Shown: positions 51,625-64,000, counted from the first letter of the stretch. The stretch is DNA of 64,000 bases from Amphiscolops sp. MND2022 (GCA_964187785.1 OZ076409.1:88164001-88228000), one strand, 5' to 3'. Made by a program: numbers and translations. The notes: generated by a model from the letters alone, not told the origin.

Positions 51625-54600
51625 TTAGGTTTTAGATGTACTGGCACCAGCTTCCTTGGTAACTGAAGAAGTCCTTGAGCCGGAAAACCCCTTTTCCATT
51701 CTTTGCCGTTTGCTATCGCTAGGGGCGTCCTCCACTGTAGACGCATTCACGCTGACAGAGACGACGGCCCTCTCACTTTGTCCAGAAAATGCAGATCGGT
51801 AGGAGGAGATAAGGGATTTATAAATCTTCCCCCTTCGAAGACGTCGACATACGTCCAAGGATCGTATGTGGAAGAGAAAGTGGACTGATCAAAAGAGGCA
51901 GACAAGAGGGAGAAACTGCTCAAATTGGACTCATTGCTGCAAAAGTCGATGGACCCCGGACCTGCTGACTTGTAACTTTGACTCGGCAGGATGACGTCTG
52001 TGAACCTACTTTGATGACCCGGAGTGCCGTGCTGATTGTCCCCAAGTTACCGCAGGTTAACCTGGGCTGTTGGAGGTAGCGCACAAGCAACACAGTTTGA
52101 ACAGATGTAATAAATGACTGATGTCTGCATAAATTCAAGATTTACAAGGAAGTCGATCAAGTCCTTGGAATTGTATGTGATGTCAAAAGTTGATGAAGAA
52201 CTAGCCCGGAGATGGTCCAATAATTCCGCGTATTCATCTCGGCAAGTAGACTCATTGGATGGGGTCACCCATGATCTGAGGAGGAAGGTACTGTATAAGA
52301 GGTCAAAATGTTGTAAGGCAACCTCTGTCGGTTTCTTGAACATTGTGATAGGGTCGAAAGCGACCAATCCCTTGACAATGTCGGAGCACAGCCCAGCTCG
52401 GCGAGGAACTTCACTGACCAGGAATTGTAAGTAGGATTGTCCATCCCGGACGAAGTCAGCTTTCACGCTCCCAGCCGTATTCTGGATGACGGCCTTGTCC
52501 ACCCGCTTACCGGAATGAATGCTTTCTGCCTTTTGCTTGCTCGCTTTTGTTACTTTGTTCGTCATCTTTAATCGAGTGAGAAACCCATCTGCAGGCATGA
52601 AGACTTCTTCGCTTATTTGGAAATTCAGCAAAAGGAACCATGAGTTTGAAAAGGGAACAGTGTCAGGATTTTAACAGCGGAAACACAATCTGTGAATGTA
52701 CCGTGCGACCTCACCACAGAGATAGAAAGAGAAGTCTCGTCTTTGCTGTGAATTGATGATGAAACTGGAAGTGTCTAAAAACAAGTGAAAAGTCCTAACC
52801 TGGCTTTGGAAGTATGACCAGAATCTACTGTGGTTTACTTACAATCACTGATTAAGTGGTAGAAGAACTCACAGATGAGTGACCATTCGAAGCTCTGCAC
52901 CTAAAACAAAGGGACGAAGGTTGTGACTCCAAGTCATGAACGCCCATTAACCTAAACCGTGTAGAGTGCTACAGGGATAACCTGGATTAAGGAAGAACAG
53001 GCAGGGCTACTTACTCTAGTTCTGACTCCTTGTCCTTGCTGTTGTGGAACATGCAGGTCCAGGTATGCTACCACAGACTTCCATTCATCTATAAGCTCTT
53101 GGCATATGGTGGGCAAGGTCAGGAGATCCACCTTGCAGCTAGTCACTGCCTGGAAAAAACCCAAATTTGATAAGTCTCAGTGCCAAAAACTAACCCTCTG
53201 AAACATCTTCCCATTTTCTGTAAAAAGGGTTGATACATACTTGGATCAAATTAGGACTTCTTTACATCCAGTCGTCTAGCAGTGAACCACCGAAAGAGAT
53301 CATCAATCGTCTCAGCACAGAGAAAAATCAATGTGGCCGAAGACACTGTAACTGCTTTTATGCATTGAGCGGGGCAAATCTAAGCGGTCAAAACGGAAGC
53401 AGCTTTGGATGGCACGACTAAAACAGGGCATTTCGTCAATGGGTGCGGATTAGATCGCAGGAGCATCCCGATCAGGTCACAATTTTTGGTTGGTGGATAC
53501 CACCGAGAGAAGTTGTGCCAGGGATGCTAGTTCACCAGTCAGTTCCCAGGAAGGAAGCTCACTTCGGCAAACGACAACTCGGCAATGTTCTAGTCCTTTC
53601 CAAAGCCGTAAGGACATGATTCTGTTAGTTCCTTTGTCTCAAAGTCAAGGTCAAAACACTGCTCAGTGGCATTGTGTTCGGCGATGTTATTCATGGCGCA
53701 AATAAAGAAGTGTTGAAAAAAGGCCTGAAATGGATACGAACCTTTTGAAACCCAGGCAAAATTAGAACCGAGCAGCTGCCTTACTAAAGGAGCTTACTGT
53801 CATTCGTTCTTCTCCTCAATCAAAGTCGCAGAGAACGGCTAGATGATCGGTGAATGAACTGATTCTTGCCCACAAGTGTCGAAGAAATGACACGTCTCTT
53901 TGGTTTTGCACGAAGTCACCAACTATGCAAAGCTGGGTTCGAGCTCGCTATTCGAGGGTAATGAGAGGAGCTGTCCGTCCTCGGATAAAGTCCTCATAGA
54001 ACGCATATCGCTCACTGATGTCCACCAACTCTGAATGGATAATTTTCGGCAGTTCCTTGGCTAGCTCTATTTTGCTAAGAAGTTTCCCGTTCCTCCCGCG
54101 GACCATGTGTTGTGTTTGGAGAGTAACTGGATCAATTCTCTTCAGGTGTTCATAGCGCCACCTTTGGTCTTTCCTCAAATGTTTCTCGGTCCGGTGGTGC
54201 CTCAGTATCTCCATGGTCCTCTTTTTCCGGATGGAGAGGTTCTTTTTACAAATGTGGAACCAGACCATGTAGGGGTTGTGCAGTGGGTCTGCTGGACCTG
54301 GTTCTCCCGATTTTGGCAACGATTTTTTCGCGCATGGGGACACCGCGCTGGGACTGTCGCTTAGGCTTGATCGTCTTCTTGGTTGTAGTTTTGCCCTTGA
54401 ACTTTTCGCTCAGAGTCCGCTCCCTGACTTCAGATAAGGTCACATCTTGATTACTAAGGTCTGTTTCCTGACTTGACATTTCAACATCTCTGGCCTGAGT
54501 TGTAATAGCGGCTAACCCAGGAGTATTGCCTACAGCAGCTAGCCTGAATGAGGCAGAGATTAATGCCATTTCACCAGCGCTGTCACTCTCCCCGAAAGTA

Positions 54601-55712
54601 GAAGAATGACCCAGTTCACCATGATCTGTTGTTTCTGGGGCATCTGATTCAGCAAATAGAGGAGCACTACCTTCTGCGTCGCTGGAGTCACTCTCGGAAT
54701 GTCGAAATGGTGTTGAGGCCCGAGCCTTGATCCGGAAATGGTCAGTTCGAGACGGGGCAGTCGTGGGCGTGCCCTTGATAGCATCAATGACCATCCTCTC
54801 CAGGGTGTTATAAGACATCCTGAGTGTCTCGTCTGTGAGCACCCGGAGGAGGTGGGCTTGTGGCTCTGTAAAGGCCACGATTGGATGTCCTGGAGGTAGC
54901 TTGAAAGCTTTAGTTTCTTCGAAATATGTCTTGAGGATGGCCCTTGACCTTCCGTACAATTCAGGCAATTGGTCTTCTGTCTGTTTGGAGGACGTTGCTA
55001 TCAGCTTTCGTTGTGGCATTTTGGTAGTCCCAGAATCTGTATCGTCCTCGGCCTCAGTACCAGATTCGGACACGTCGGGAATACTGGCATACAATAGTGG
55101 GCATACAGAAATGCTACCTTCTTCAACAGTCTTCTCCCCTTCACTTAAATCGGCGAGAAATCGAGCTCTTGGATTAGAGCTAGGCAACGCAGGGACTTCA
55201 TATACCGATCACTCATTATCTTCATCCATTTGTGCCACGGTAGCAGCTGACTTTTCGGGATCTTGTTGGAAGTAGGAAGTGGGAAGTAGTTGCGGCAACT
55301 GTTTTCCTGAGGTCATTGCATTGCTTAAAGTGGATTCGAGCGCAGTTAGACTAGTGTTAGCCACCCCCTCGCTGTCAACTGTGAATAGGCTACTTGTGTG
55401 GAATGATGTCGTTGTGAGGTGTAGGTCCTGCATGGCCTCCTCTGGTCCCGGTAGACCCAATTCTTCTTCAAGCGTGCCTGTGAGTCCTCCGTGAAACAAA
55501 GATTGTTCCAATTCCATGCTCTGAACCTTGGCCTCGGCATATGCATTGACGTCGGATCCACTGTCAGCGCTTTGTGGTTACTTAGCGAGTTACATCTCCG
55601 GTTACGGGTGGACAGTCGCAGAAGGGTTAGACGTTGTATCAGCTTCAGGAATCTGGTTCTCTAAACGGAAAGAAATGAAAGTTGGCGATATGCTTCCTTG
55701 AAAAGAGTCCAT
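51625..55712 (-). pseudogene. Intron-containing hAT-transposase-like gene with a long low-complexity N-terminus, antisense within Gypsy C
   Basis: ATG 55712 is in frame with ORFs 55517 and 55187; zinc finger W(F)HICKKNLSI...EILRHHRTEKH; FDLDFE (first catalytic Asp region); EWKSVVAYL; AFDP...EY...; introns 53797-53725, 53194-53150, 53014-52982 and 52842-52775. Confidence 0.6.
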
Positions 55713-56363
55713 TTTGAAAATTTGAAAGAAACGTGATATCACGTGTTCGATGATGGAAACAGGAAGCGTTAAGTGAACGAAGTTCAGCCTTGATCAAGTT
55801 GAACTAGTTCAAAAATATGAAAATCCATTCCAGTCTGAGTTAGAAGACATGCTCTTTCTGTGTTGCTGATATCGGGAAAACTAGTCTGAATCGGCTGATA
55901 AAGGTTGAGGCAATTTACCAGGTACGGCTGAAGAAGGGATAAGATTCGGAATGCTCCGAGATGAATGAAGTCAGCAACAAAATTGAAGACGATTAGGGAC
56001 GACTGACGTTGGATAAACTCGAATGAAGAACAACACAAATGATAGAAGGAATTGAATTAAATAATAATCAAGAACTTTGAAAGTTGGAGTTTGTAGCTGG
56101 AAAAAAATACCAGACTGATATTTTGTGGTTATCTACAGATTTAAAATTGTACATGGAGTCTGCCAGCGAAATGTACAAAAGACCTATCGTTATTTATAAC
56201 TCAGTTAGTTAAGAGGCGATTATGGCCGTTTACCTTATTTCGTTTTGCCGTTTCGTTCCATTATCCTTGTTATTTTTAGTTAGAATTTCAGCCATTTTTG
56301 ATTATTTAGAGTTTTTACTTTACGCCATTTTATTATTCATTTTTCAATTTTGTCGAAGGCTAA

Positions 56364-56386
56364 TTCTGATTGGCTGAAGCCATCTT
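56364..56386. promoter_or_regulatory. Putative divergent promoter (inverted CCAAT box plus YY1-like GCCATCTT)
   Basis: TTCTGATTGGC lies between divergent ORFs; the same 11-mer lies at 34023-34033 between the divergent ORFs of the other family. Confidence 0.45.
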
Positions 56387-56758
56387 GAAAGAAGTGGTCC
56401 AACGAGTGCCGTTAATTACACCCGAGCTCGCTGTTATTTACCCACCTAACTCAAGTTATTTATTGATGATAACTCAGAGACTCTTGACACCTCTTCTGAT
56501 GATGGTAGCGGGAAAACGCGAATTCAAAGGGTGCCTGCTCTCAGAAAAATTCCATTCAGAAAAGTTTACGACGGATCAGGATAATTAACCTCAGTTTCTA
56601 TCGTCGAACTGAAACTCCGGGAACAGTCCTAACTCGGTCTGAAACAGAGATCAAGAAAAACTATTCTCATCTTAAATTCGCTGAAAGCAAGTCACAACTT
56701 AAGTTTCAAACTTGCAAAAAAAAAACAGATAATGCAGTAATTCAATCTCGCAATTCGG

Positions 56759-57516
56759 TTGTTTGACATGGACAAGGAAAACTCTGAGTCTTCCAACAAT
56801 GCAGTAATCTACATCTTTAGCGATGCAGAAAGCCTTTCCGAAAGGTGGGAACCTGACTACTTGACTGAAACAGAAGAAATGGTAGCTAGAATCGAGCACG
56901 AAGTAACTTCCAGCCCCATACTGATCGCAGGAAGAATTATGACAACGGGCAGCTTAGAAGAAGAAATGATCACAGGCCCGAGCTCAGCAGTGCCGAAACA
57001 GTCCGTTACACCCAAGTTTGACGGAATTTACTTCGATGAGAAGCTTTGCTATGCTCCTCCGAAAGGAAATTCAAAAGGAGAATCGAGCTGTGCTAGACAC
57101 TTCTCCCAGTGGTAGAGTCGCCCTCGTTCCCTCCTCCTCATGAAAGTGGACCTTCTCAGGATACTCCTCTAATGCAGAAGACCAAATCAGGCTTCCGAGC
57201 GTCTTACCATATCCAAAACACAATGCCGTACGCAAATATTATTGAAGTGCGCTACACTGGGTGTGTGGTCTGCCGTCGGTCAGTAGAGGCGATCAAGAAA
57301 GAGAAAGTGTCTTGGTATTTGGAGAAATCAACACCGAGCGATGAGCCAGAATACATATCAAAACTGAGGAAAGAAGCACATGAAAATGGATTGAATGCGG
57401 GCTCTTTTTTCTTTCTAGCACCCGCAGTGTCGCAGGCTGCCGCCTGTGATGGAACCATGATCACAACGACAGCAGACGGTCAGGACATTGCTCAAGGAAC
57501 GCTTTCTACATTTTAA
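56759..57516 (+). pseudogene. Sense accessory ORF of Gypsy C (acidic N-part, CVVC motif), one frameshift
   Basis: Two overlapping ORFs; the C-terminal 30 codons recur at 42691-42780 ahead of the other LTR copy. Confidence 0.55.
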
Positions 57517-57685
57517 AACTAAAACTTTGTGCTCGCAGAACGTAAAACTGTTTCTTATATATGACTATATATACCGCTTTCAGTTGTGATTTTATTGTTT
57601 TACGTATAAGTCTGTTAACAAATGATTGTTTTTCAATTTGGATTTGTGAATGAAACCAAATAGAAGGCAGTTAAATTAATGTACA

Positions 57686-57939
57686 TGCAATGCAGTTAAG
57701 GAAGTGTGTTCAAATGAGCTACAATTCGGGTTTAGCAACGAAACTTGCCAACGAGCTATTGACCAATCACAGTGCTGTAAATATTTAAGCAGTCCAATTA
57801 TTTGCCGGTTACGGCCGCTTGACTAAAAGCTAGGTAACCACTTGTGCTATTTGGGCAAATGTCCGGTTCCGGCCGATTAAAGCGTTGTGCTCTTGAAGTG
57901 TTAATACTTAGTACGATGGATCGTTGATGCTTATTTGCA
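57686..57939 (+). mobile_element. Putative 3' LTR of Gypsy C, shared with the next tandem unit
   Basis: Copy of 42948-43201; followed by leader and gag start. Confidence 0.55.
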
Positions 57940-58599
57940 TAGTGTAATAGCCCCTGCATGATGAAAAGGACTAGAAAAGATGCTTTGAGGTGTTAATTAT
58001 TGGGTTATTTTAATGGTAGTAGGTATTGGTCTCCGGTCCTATACCATCTTTGATTGTGATATGACAGCATGTATGACGGCCCTATTAGGCATATTTGTTA
58101 AACATACAACGCATGCAGATTGTTTCACCTATGCCCCACTTCAAATCTCACGTGTCACCACGCGCTTGAAAACGAAGCTAATTTTTAAAAAAATTTACAT
58201 CTTAGCAGTATTCAGGTGACGGATTGTTGGGAATATGAAATGTTACCCAGGAAAGTTCAATATTTGGTTCTTTAGATGTTTTGTTTTGACTGATGCTTTG
58301 ATGTAATTGGTCCATTAACCGCTAATTTTAAGGTATTCATTTGATGCCACAAATACCTGTTGTTAGTCACCTGATATATTTTGATGTTTCTTTGATAATG
58401 TTAGCCATGTGACAAATTAAGGTCACGACCATCATTTGAATTTATTCTTGATTGGAAATCATAAAGAATGTGAGTGTCACCCTCTCAGTGGTATATATAC
58501 CAGCACCTCGCCTGAGAGAGACACTTATTTTTCTTGCACGCTCTGATAAAGATACTTTCAAAACAATTTACTGTTGATTTTCCGAATTGAGATAATTAA

Positions 58600-59190
58600 A
58601 CTATTTGTACTCGGATTTCCTTAATGCCTACTACAAGAAAACAGAAAAACACAAGATAGTCAAGAGGACTAGAATTACTCTCGGACATCGAAAATCTAGA
58701 TACAATGCTAAGTGAAAGACACTCTGAGAGGGATGAGAGCCTCAATAACATTTCAGCTAGAAGACCTGAAAGTGCAAACAGTAATATGCTTGGGAACAAT
58801 GATGAGGATATGTACGTAAATCACAAAGAAATGGGGTCCGGTAACAGTGCCGACCCCGGTCATAACTCAGCTAGCCTCAATTCAAACGTTGAGATCAATA
58901 AATTATCAAGTGAGTTGAACTCAAGATTGTCTAGGGAGATGGACGAAATGTTGACTAATGTCAATGTGCAGATCCAATGGGCTATCAGTAATGCAATTAG
59001 TAATCAGATATTGCCTCAAATTCAAAATGCCCTGAAGTCCGGATCAGGCCACTTGACACACAACAGATGGAACGCTCCGACCGAGAGACCGGAAATTGAT
59101 TCCGAAGACATCCGCTATGGGAAAACGAGAGAAAATTTGAGAAGTGAGCCAATCAGTGAACGTCCTAATGGCGAATTCACAGACAAAGCT
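58600..59190 (+). mobile_element. gag N-terminus of the next tandem Gypsy C unit, truncated
   Basis: Homologous to 43870-44450 (SDIENLD.ML..RHSERDES...SSELNSRLS). Confidence 0.88.
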
Positions 59191-60163
59191 TAAAACAATT
59201 TGGAAACATAGCATGATGGGCCAACGGTGTTATAGACTGATAAGACTGGTGATTACCACTGATTCATGTTTTCCCACAATGTAGAAACTGCAGTATCGGA
59301 AAACATGAAGCAAAGCAGACAAACAACGCAAGGGCCACTAAAGTCACTGGTCGAGTTTTTCTGAGCGCCATCGAAATATCATTTCAGGTTCTCAGAAAAT
59401 TCCATCTTTTTTTGATCAGTGTTGTTCAAATGAAGCTTCAGTGTCTGATCCTAACACTTCTTCGTCGGATCCACAGGTATTGAAGCTTGGTACTTTTGGC
59501 CCAAAATTAAAACCCGAGTCTGAAAAAAGGAAGATAACGCTGCTAGGTTTTCGAGATCCAACAAAAACATGTCGGGACCTCGAAATTGAATGTTTTTTGC
59601 ATGGAGGTCAATCCGCGAAGTTCTCTTGACACCATAGGGAAAACACAGAGGATTAGAACACATGGAAAACCCAACTCTACACAGGGGTTCGATTTTTTCT
59701 GAAAATTGAAAGTGTCACAGAAGCGGGGAAAAATCAAACAACTCATGATCTAAACGAAAGTCAATCATGAAAACAAATGATGTTGCAATGCACTCGAAAC
59801 GTTTTAGAAATCAAGCCGATGAATTCGAAACATTTTTGTTGCAAAAAGCTACAATCAGGGGAAATGACCTATTGCGACACACGCTATCAAGTAAAAAAAT
59901 ATACAGAAGGTTTCAGAACACCTTCAAAAAAACTAATCGAAAAATCGGGAAGTCAAACTAATCGAAGAACCTCATTAAGGGAACAAATATAAGTATGTCT
60001 TTTCCGAATACCATTCTCATTTTTGAAATCAGGGTATTTCGATGATTCAATAAAAATTCGGGGACCCGTGCGGAATATGCACTCATATCCTTATGCTCTT
60101 CTGCTGGCCAAAACAAACGCTCAAACTAGCAGACCAACACACAGACCCTCCCTTTAACGCGTG

Positions 60164-60545
60164 TTACGACTTGTGTTCGGGTCGTTGTTTAGGGTAGAGC
60201 TGATTCTCCCTAGGTTCATTTTCTAAAGAATTATCCCCTTGTTCTCTGGTGGATTCGTTTGGTTTAGATTTTAATAGTTTCAGAAGTTCCCTTTGTGGTT
60301 TTGCCAAAAGACCTTTTATTTCTGAAGTGATTTCTTCTCTCAAGAAGTTTCTGAGCCCTTCCAGTACACTATTCACTATCCTAGGAGATTCAGCTAAAGA
60401 GGGCCCCGCAACTAAGACGTCCTGGTCGCTAGACTCTACATTTTCTACCAAGATTGGGGAACTTACGAATTCACTGACGTTTTCGGAAATTTCCTGTTGA
60501 CTAGTTCTTCTCTTCTGACTTCAAGTTGACGTTTTGAAGACAACA
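60164..60545 (-). mobile_element. gag N-terminal fragment of a further Gypsy-like family
   Basis: VENVESSDQDVLVAGPS...EEITSEIKGLL coiled-coil-like leader resembling the other gag heads. Confidence 0.45.
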
Positions 60546-61892
60546 TTTGATTTTAAAACTTGAATTGATTCTCAGTTGTTAAGGAGTTGAGAGCTCAGAA
60601 TTTATTGAAATCACTGATAGTGAGCAAGATAAAAGACTGAGTCCCTCAGCAATTTAGGTGTGCCGTGTTTATACCCTCCTAGCATCATTTCATCACGACT
60701 AAATCCCTATTTTCCTTTGAACAATTAGTCATTTCCTGTGTTTCCGATGAAAAAATCATTATGATCTCAAATTTTCGTCAACATTTTGACAAAATTTAAG
60801 ACACGGCAATCCTAATCTAGTATTAGTCAATGACCATGATCTATCATTTCATTCCGGTGTCCTTTTGTTTCCTCCCAAGCAGGAAGTAGATATTACTTCA
60901 GTCCGTCAAACCGGAAATGTTTACCTGTTTTACTGCTTTGGTTCGTTGGAAAATTGACGCGGAGATGACGTTGACGTGAATAACTAATACCTCATTGTGA
61001 ATTTTTGCTTGAAGAAATTGTGACTAATTTCGTTTGCTTGAAATATTCGCAGATGCTAGGAGTATTGAGAAACTGATTGGCAAATGAAAGCACTTTCTTT
61101 GGGAACAGAATATTATACACTATTTCCAACATCTAAATTAATATAATTATTATAGTTATGAACTGACGAGGCAACCACGTCAAATTAAATTAGATTATCA
61201 CAACTGGAACATTAAACAGCAACGTTAATTTTTGGTGATGCGATGAGTGAGTAAGTGTATCCATGTGCAACTGGAGCATAATTTCAACACATGAGAATAA
61301 TAACAAAATATAACTACGGTATTAAAATATAGATTCATCATCAAAATAATACTTCTAACAAATCACACCGCCTGTCCGACTGACAAGTTTTGACAACGTC
61401 AGTTTTACCTTGATAATATACAAAACACTTCAAATAGCGGAACATTATCAGCATTGGCTTCATATATGAGTGTCTACGCAAGAACTTCCAGTTTCATTTG
61501 GTGGCAAGCTGATACAAGTTATATTGTGACGTATTTGAAAAGAATTATTAAAATTATTATAAAAAAATTACTTCTGGTAAAATCTCTTGACACGCTATGA
61601 CAACGTCACTTTATGTAAAATAGCGCACAAAGTTTACCACAAGCAGCATAGGCAAAAGTTCAGATCATGTTTCAATATATAACTGTGACTTCCGTTCATA
61701 AAATACGGGAAAGTTTCTTTTGGATTAAGTCTTTGCACAATTCTAAATTAGCATTAATTTGTTTGACGAAAGTTTCCTATTTTTATCCTAGCTAAGTTAG
61801 GCATGAATTAACCTTTTTCCTTGCCTCATTTTCGTTATATTAGCGCTCATTTTACCATTTTGGATGGATTAAAACAGATAGTTTGATTGATT

Positions 61893-62020
61893 TTGGACGT
61901 AGCGTGGACGTACATTTGGCATTAGCTTTAGTCCGCCGTTTTGGTGGACGTAGCGTGGACGTAAGTTTGGTATTAGCTTTAGTCCGCCATTATTGTGGAC
62001 CTAGCGTGGACGTAAACTCG
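61893..62020. repeat. Short tandem array, ~2.5 units of ~53 bp
   Basis: ggacgtagcgtggacgta...attagctttagtccgcc repeated. Confidence 0.8.
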
Positions 62021-62666
62021 GATTGAAACGTTGGTGGCTGCCTTGATTGTGACGTAATAGCGTCGACCAAGCTGGACTACTTCTCTTTAGTTAACTGTAT
62101 AGTTACGCGTTGCTGACGTCACGAATGAAAAACTATTTGCATGTACTGTCTCAATTGCTTACTTAACGTTGTAATCACCATTCTACTTCAGTTTAGTTGC
62201 TGTTCAAAAACGGTTTAGCTGCTTTCCTCGGAAGACGCGTAGTCCTTTGAGTGTGCCATCTCGATGTAATTTCTATTTTAGATTTGATTATACTCTTTCT
62301 CAAAGATAATCCTTGGTGTGATTTCCATCTAAATTGGTTTATGATCTTTATTTCAGGACGTTTTTTAATTTGGACTTCAGGTGGAGAATGTTGTTACTTG
62401 GACGTGGCTTAAACGTCTTAACGGAAATGCATGAAATCATTTTTGCCCATTTAGTTTCCGGTATTCAATTTTATCTTGTGTTTTGCGCAAAATAGATGTT
62501 TATCCCTTATTTTTAGTCACAGTTTATTTTCCAAAACAGAATGAAGTTTGAGTTTAATAACCAAAGTACCATCTGGGGAATCTCAAGTTGCACCCGTGAC
62601 CTCTGCCGAATCCTACTCTTTCACAGCAACATCCCAGACCGGGAGCGGCTGAGACAACGCGTTTGA

Positions 62667-63240
62667 TCAGAACTGGTTTTTGTAATTACTCAAGGTATCC
62701 AGGAATACTGCTTCTTGGTTTTTAGAAAAACAATTTTGGCAATAACCATACGTTGCAAGTACTTTACTGGAACCTTCATACTGCATGGCAGTTGAAATTT
62801 CAAAACCAATGAAGACCAGAACTTTGTCAATTGAACGTTCTTTTTTCGCAACAGAGAAGTAGAATTGCACAGCTTTGATACTTCCGGAAAATTCATTCAA
62901 ATTTACACCATACATTTGGTTAGAGTGTGTAAAATTCTAAAGTTCATCTCAAAAAGAAGTCGCGTTATAAAGATTCGTTGTTGGACCGGCAGTTGTATTT
63001 GTACCGTTCATTGGAGGAAGTTGAGTCGATAGAGTCGATGGAAGCACTGTAGGAGACCATGTAGAAGGCCCTGGAGAAGCCCCTGGAGAAGCCCCTGGAG
63101 AAGCCCCTGGAGAAGGCCCTGGAGAAGCCCCTGGATTTACAGGAGGCGCTGGATTTGCCGGAGACCCTGGATTTGCAGGAGGCTCTGGATTTGCCGGAGG
63201 CTGTTGTGGGGGTTTTTTCACTTCCTTTTTAGGACCATCT
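62667..63240 (-). pseudogene. Pro/Gly/Ser repeat-containing, glycoprotein-like reading frame with in-frame stops
   Basis: (PANP..)x4 and (GASP)-type 12-bp repeats at 63060-63200; NGT, NAT and NFT sequons; tttgtttag acceptor at ~63240; ORFs 63272 and 62915 share a frame. Confidence 0.35.
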
Positions 63241-64000
63241 AAACAAATCTGATTTCTGTCATAGCTTATCAAACATTAGGGAATCCAAATATTTTTTCGT
63301 TACAACTGTTACATTTAAGACGAACTGTGGACTGTTTCAAAAAGCTTGTGACCTTCTAAACACCAGCAAAAGAAGTCAAAACTCACAGCTAGATTTAAAA
63401 GCAAACCAATTCTAGATCAATCACAAATTCTCATACTATCTTTTCGTTTTCCAAAACTCAAATTTCATCTCAAAAAAGTCGAAAAGAATAAAAGTTCGAG
63501 ACTTGAAAATCTCAAAAACTTGGAAAAGTTCATTCGATAATCTGAATTTTGCAATATTCGACAGATTAATTTACTGTTTTGACTGTTTTATGCATAACAA
63601 GCGCTGTAACTTCTGCTGTGGTGGTGCAAAGGCCAACCACAAAATTGAGCGAATAACGATGATCACACAAATGATCATACAAAAAAATTACAAAGGGAGA
63701 AAGCTCCACTTTGCGCTTCCCAGAAGCTTGACACTCTTTCTCAGTGAATGTATAAGCCAGTAGAGAGCTTCATGGAATCAAAATGAAAGCAGATTTTAAC
63801 TACCATGTTTTTCATAATACCTGCCGTAAATTTCTCGAAAGTAAATCAAGCAGTTTCTCTCCAAGTGGGTTTTGTTCATAAAATATAAAACAATATACAG
63901 CAGACTCTAGAACTAAACAACGCAGCTGTTTTGTTTTTACCCGGTTTCATGCCTTTTTCGACGTCGAGTTCGGAATGTACCAATTTGCACGGCGCCCTCG

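Noticed and set aside
51591-56117. CAGTCTG...CAGACTG as hAT TIRs around the transposase-like gene
   Set aside because: Only 7-8 bp match and the flanking 8-mers (aaagttta versus atattttg) are not a TSD
1-64000. tRNA, rRNA, snRNA or spliced-leader RNA genes; prokaryotic origin
   Set aside because: No cloverleaf or conserved RNA signature was recognised by eye (Infernal or tRNAscan-SE would be decisive); spliceosomal introns and metazoan TE families exclude a prokaryote

Overview
AT-rich eukaryotic (invertebrate metazoan-type) DNA with GT-AG introns, dominated by nested, mostly decayed transposons. One intact host gene can be reconstructed: Integrator subunit 5 (INTS5), minus strand, 6 exons (20831 to 6169, about 963 aa). 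Its 10.4-kb first intron holds a truncated LINE, a decayed ORF resembling a dsRNA (toti-like) virus capsid, and a Bel/Pao LTR retrotransposon that carries an antisense JmjC (Fe/2OG dioxygenase) ORF between integrase and the 3' LTR. Upstream of INTS5 lie CRE-clade non-LTR fragments, 9-bp-TSD MITEs, a 1.54-kb tandem duplication and a PHD-ORF1 LINE. The right half holds two related Ty3/Gypsy families that appear to share a 3' cassette: antisense intron-containing cargo gene, divergent CCAAT promoter, sense ORF, then LTR. In the ~15-kb element (about 42948-57939) the cargo is a degenerate hAT-transposase-like gene. Both families show head-to-tail junctions and a shared ATAGCCCC motif where a tRNA primer-binding site is expected. 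All family and domain calls come from motif recognition by eye and identities are rough hand estimates; no database search was run.
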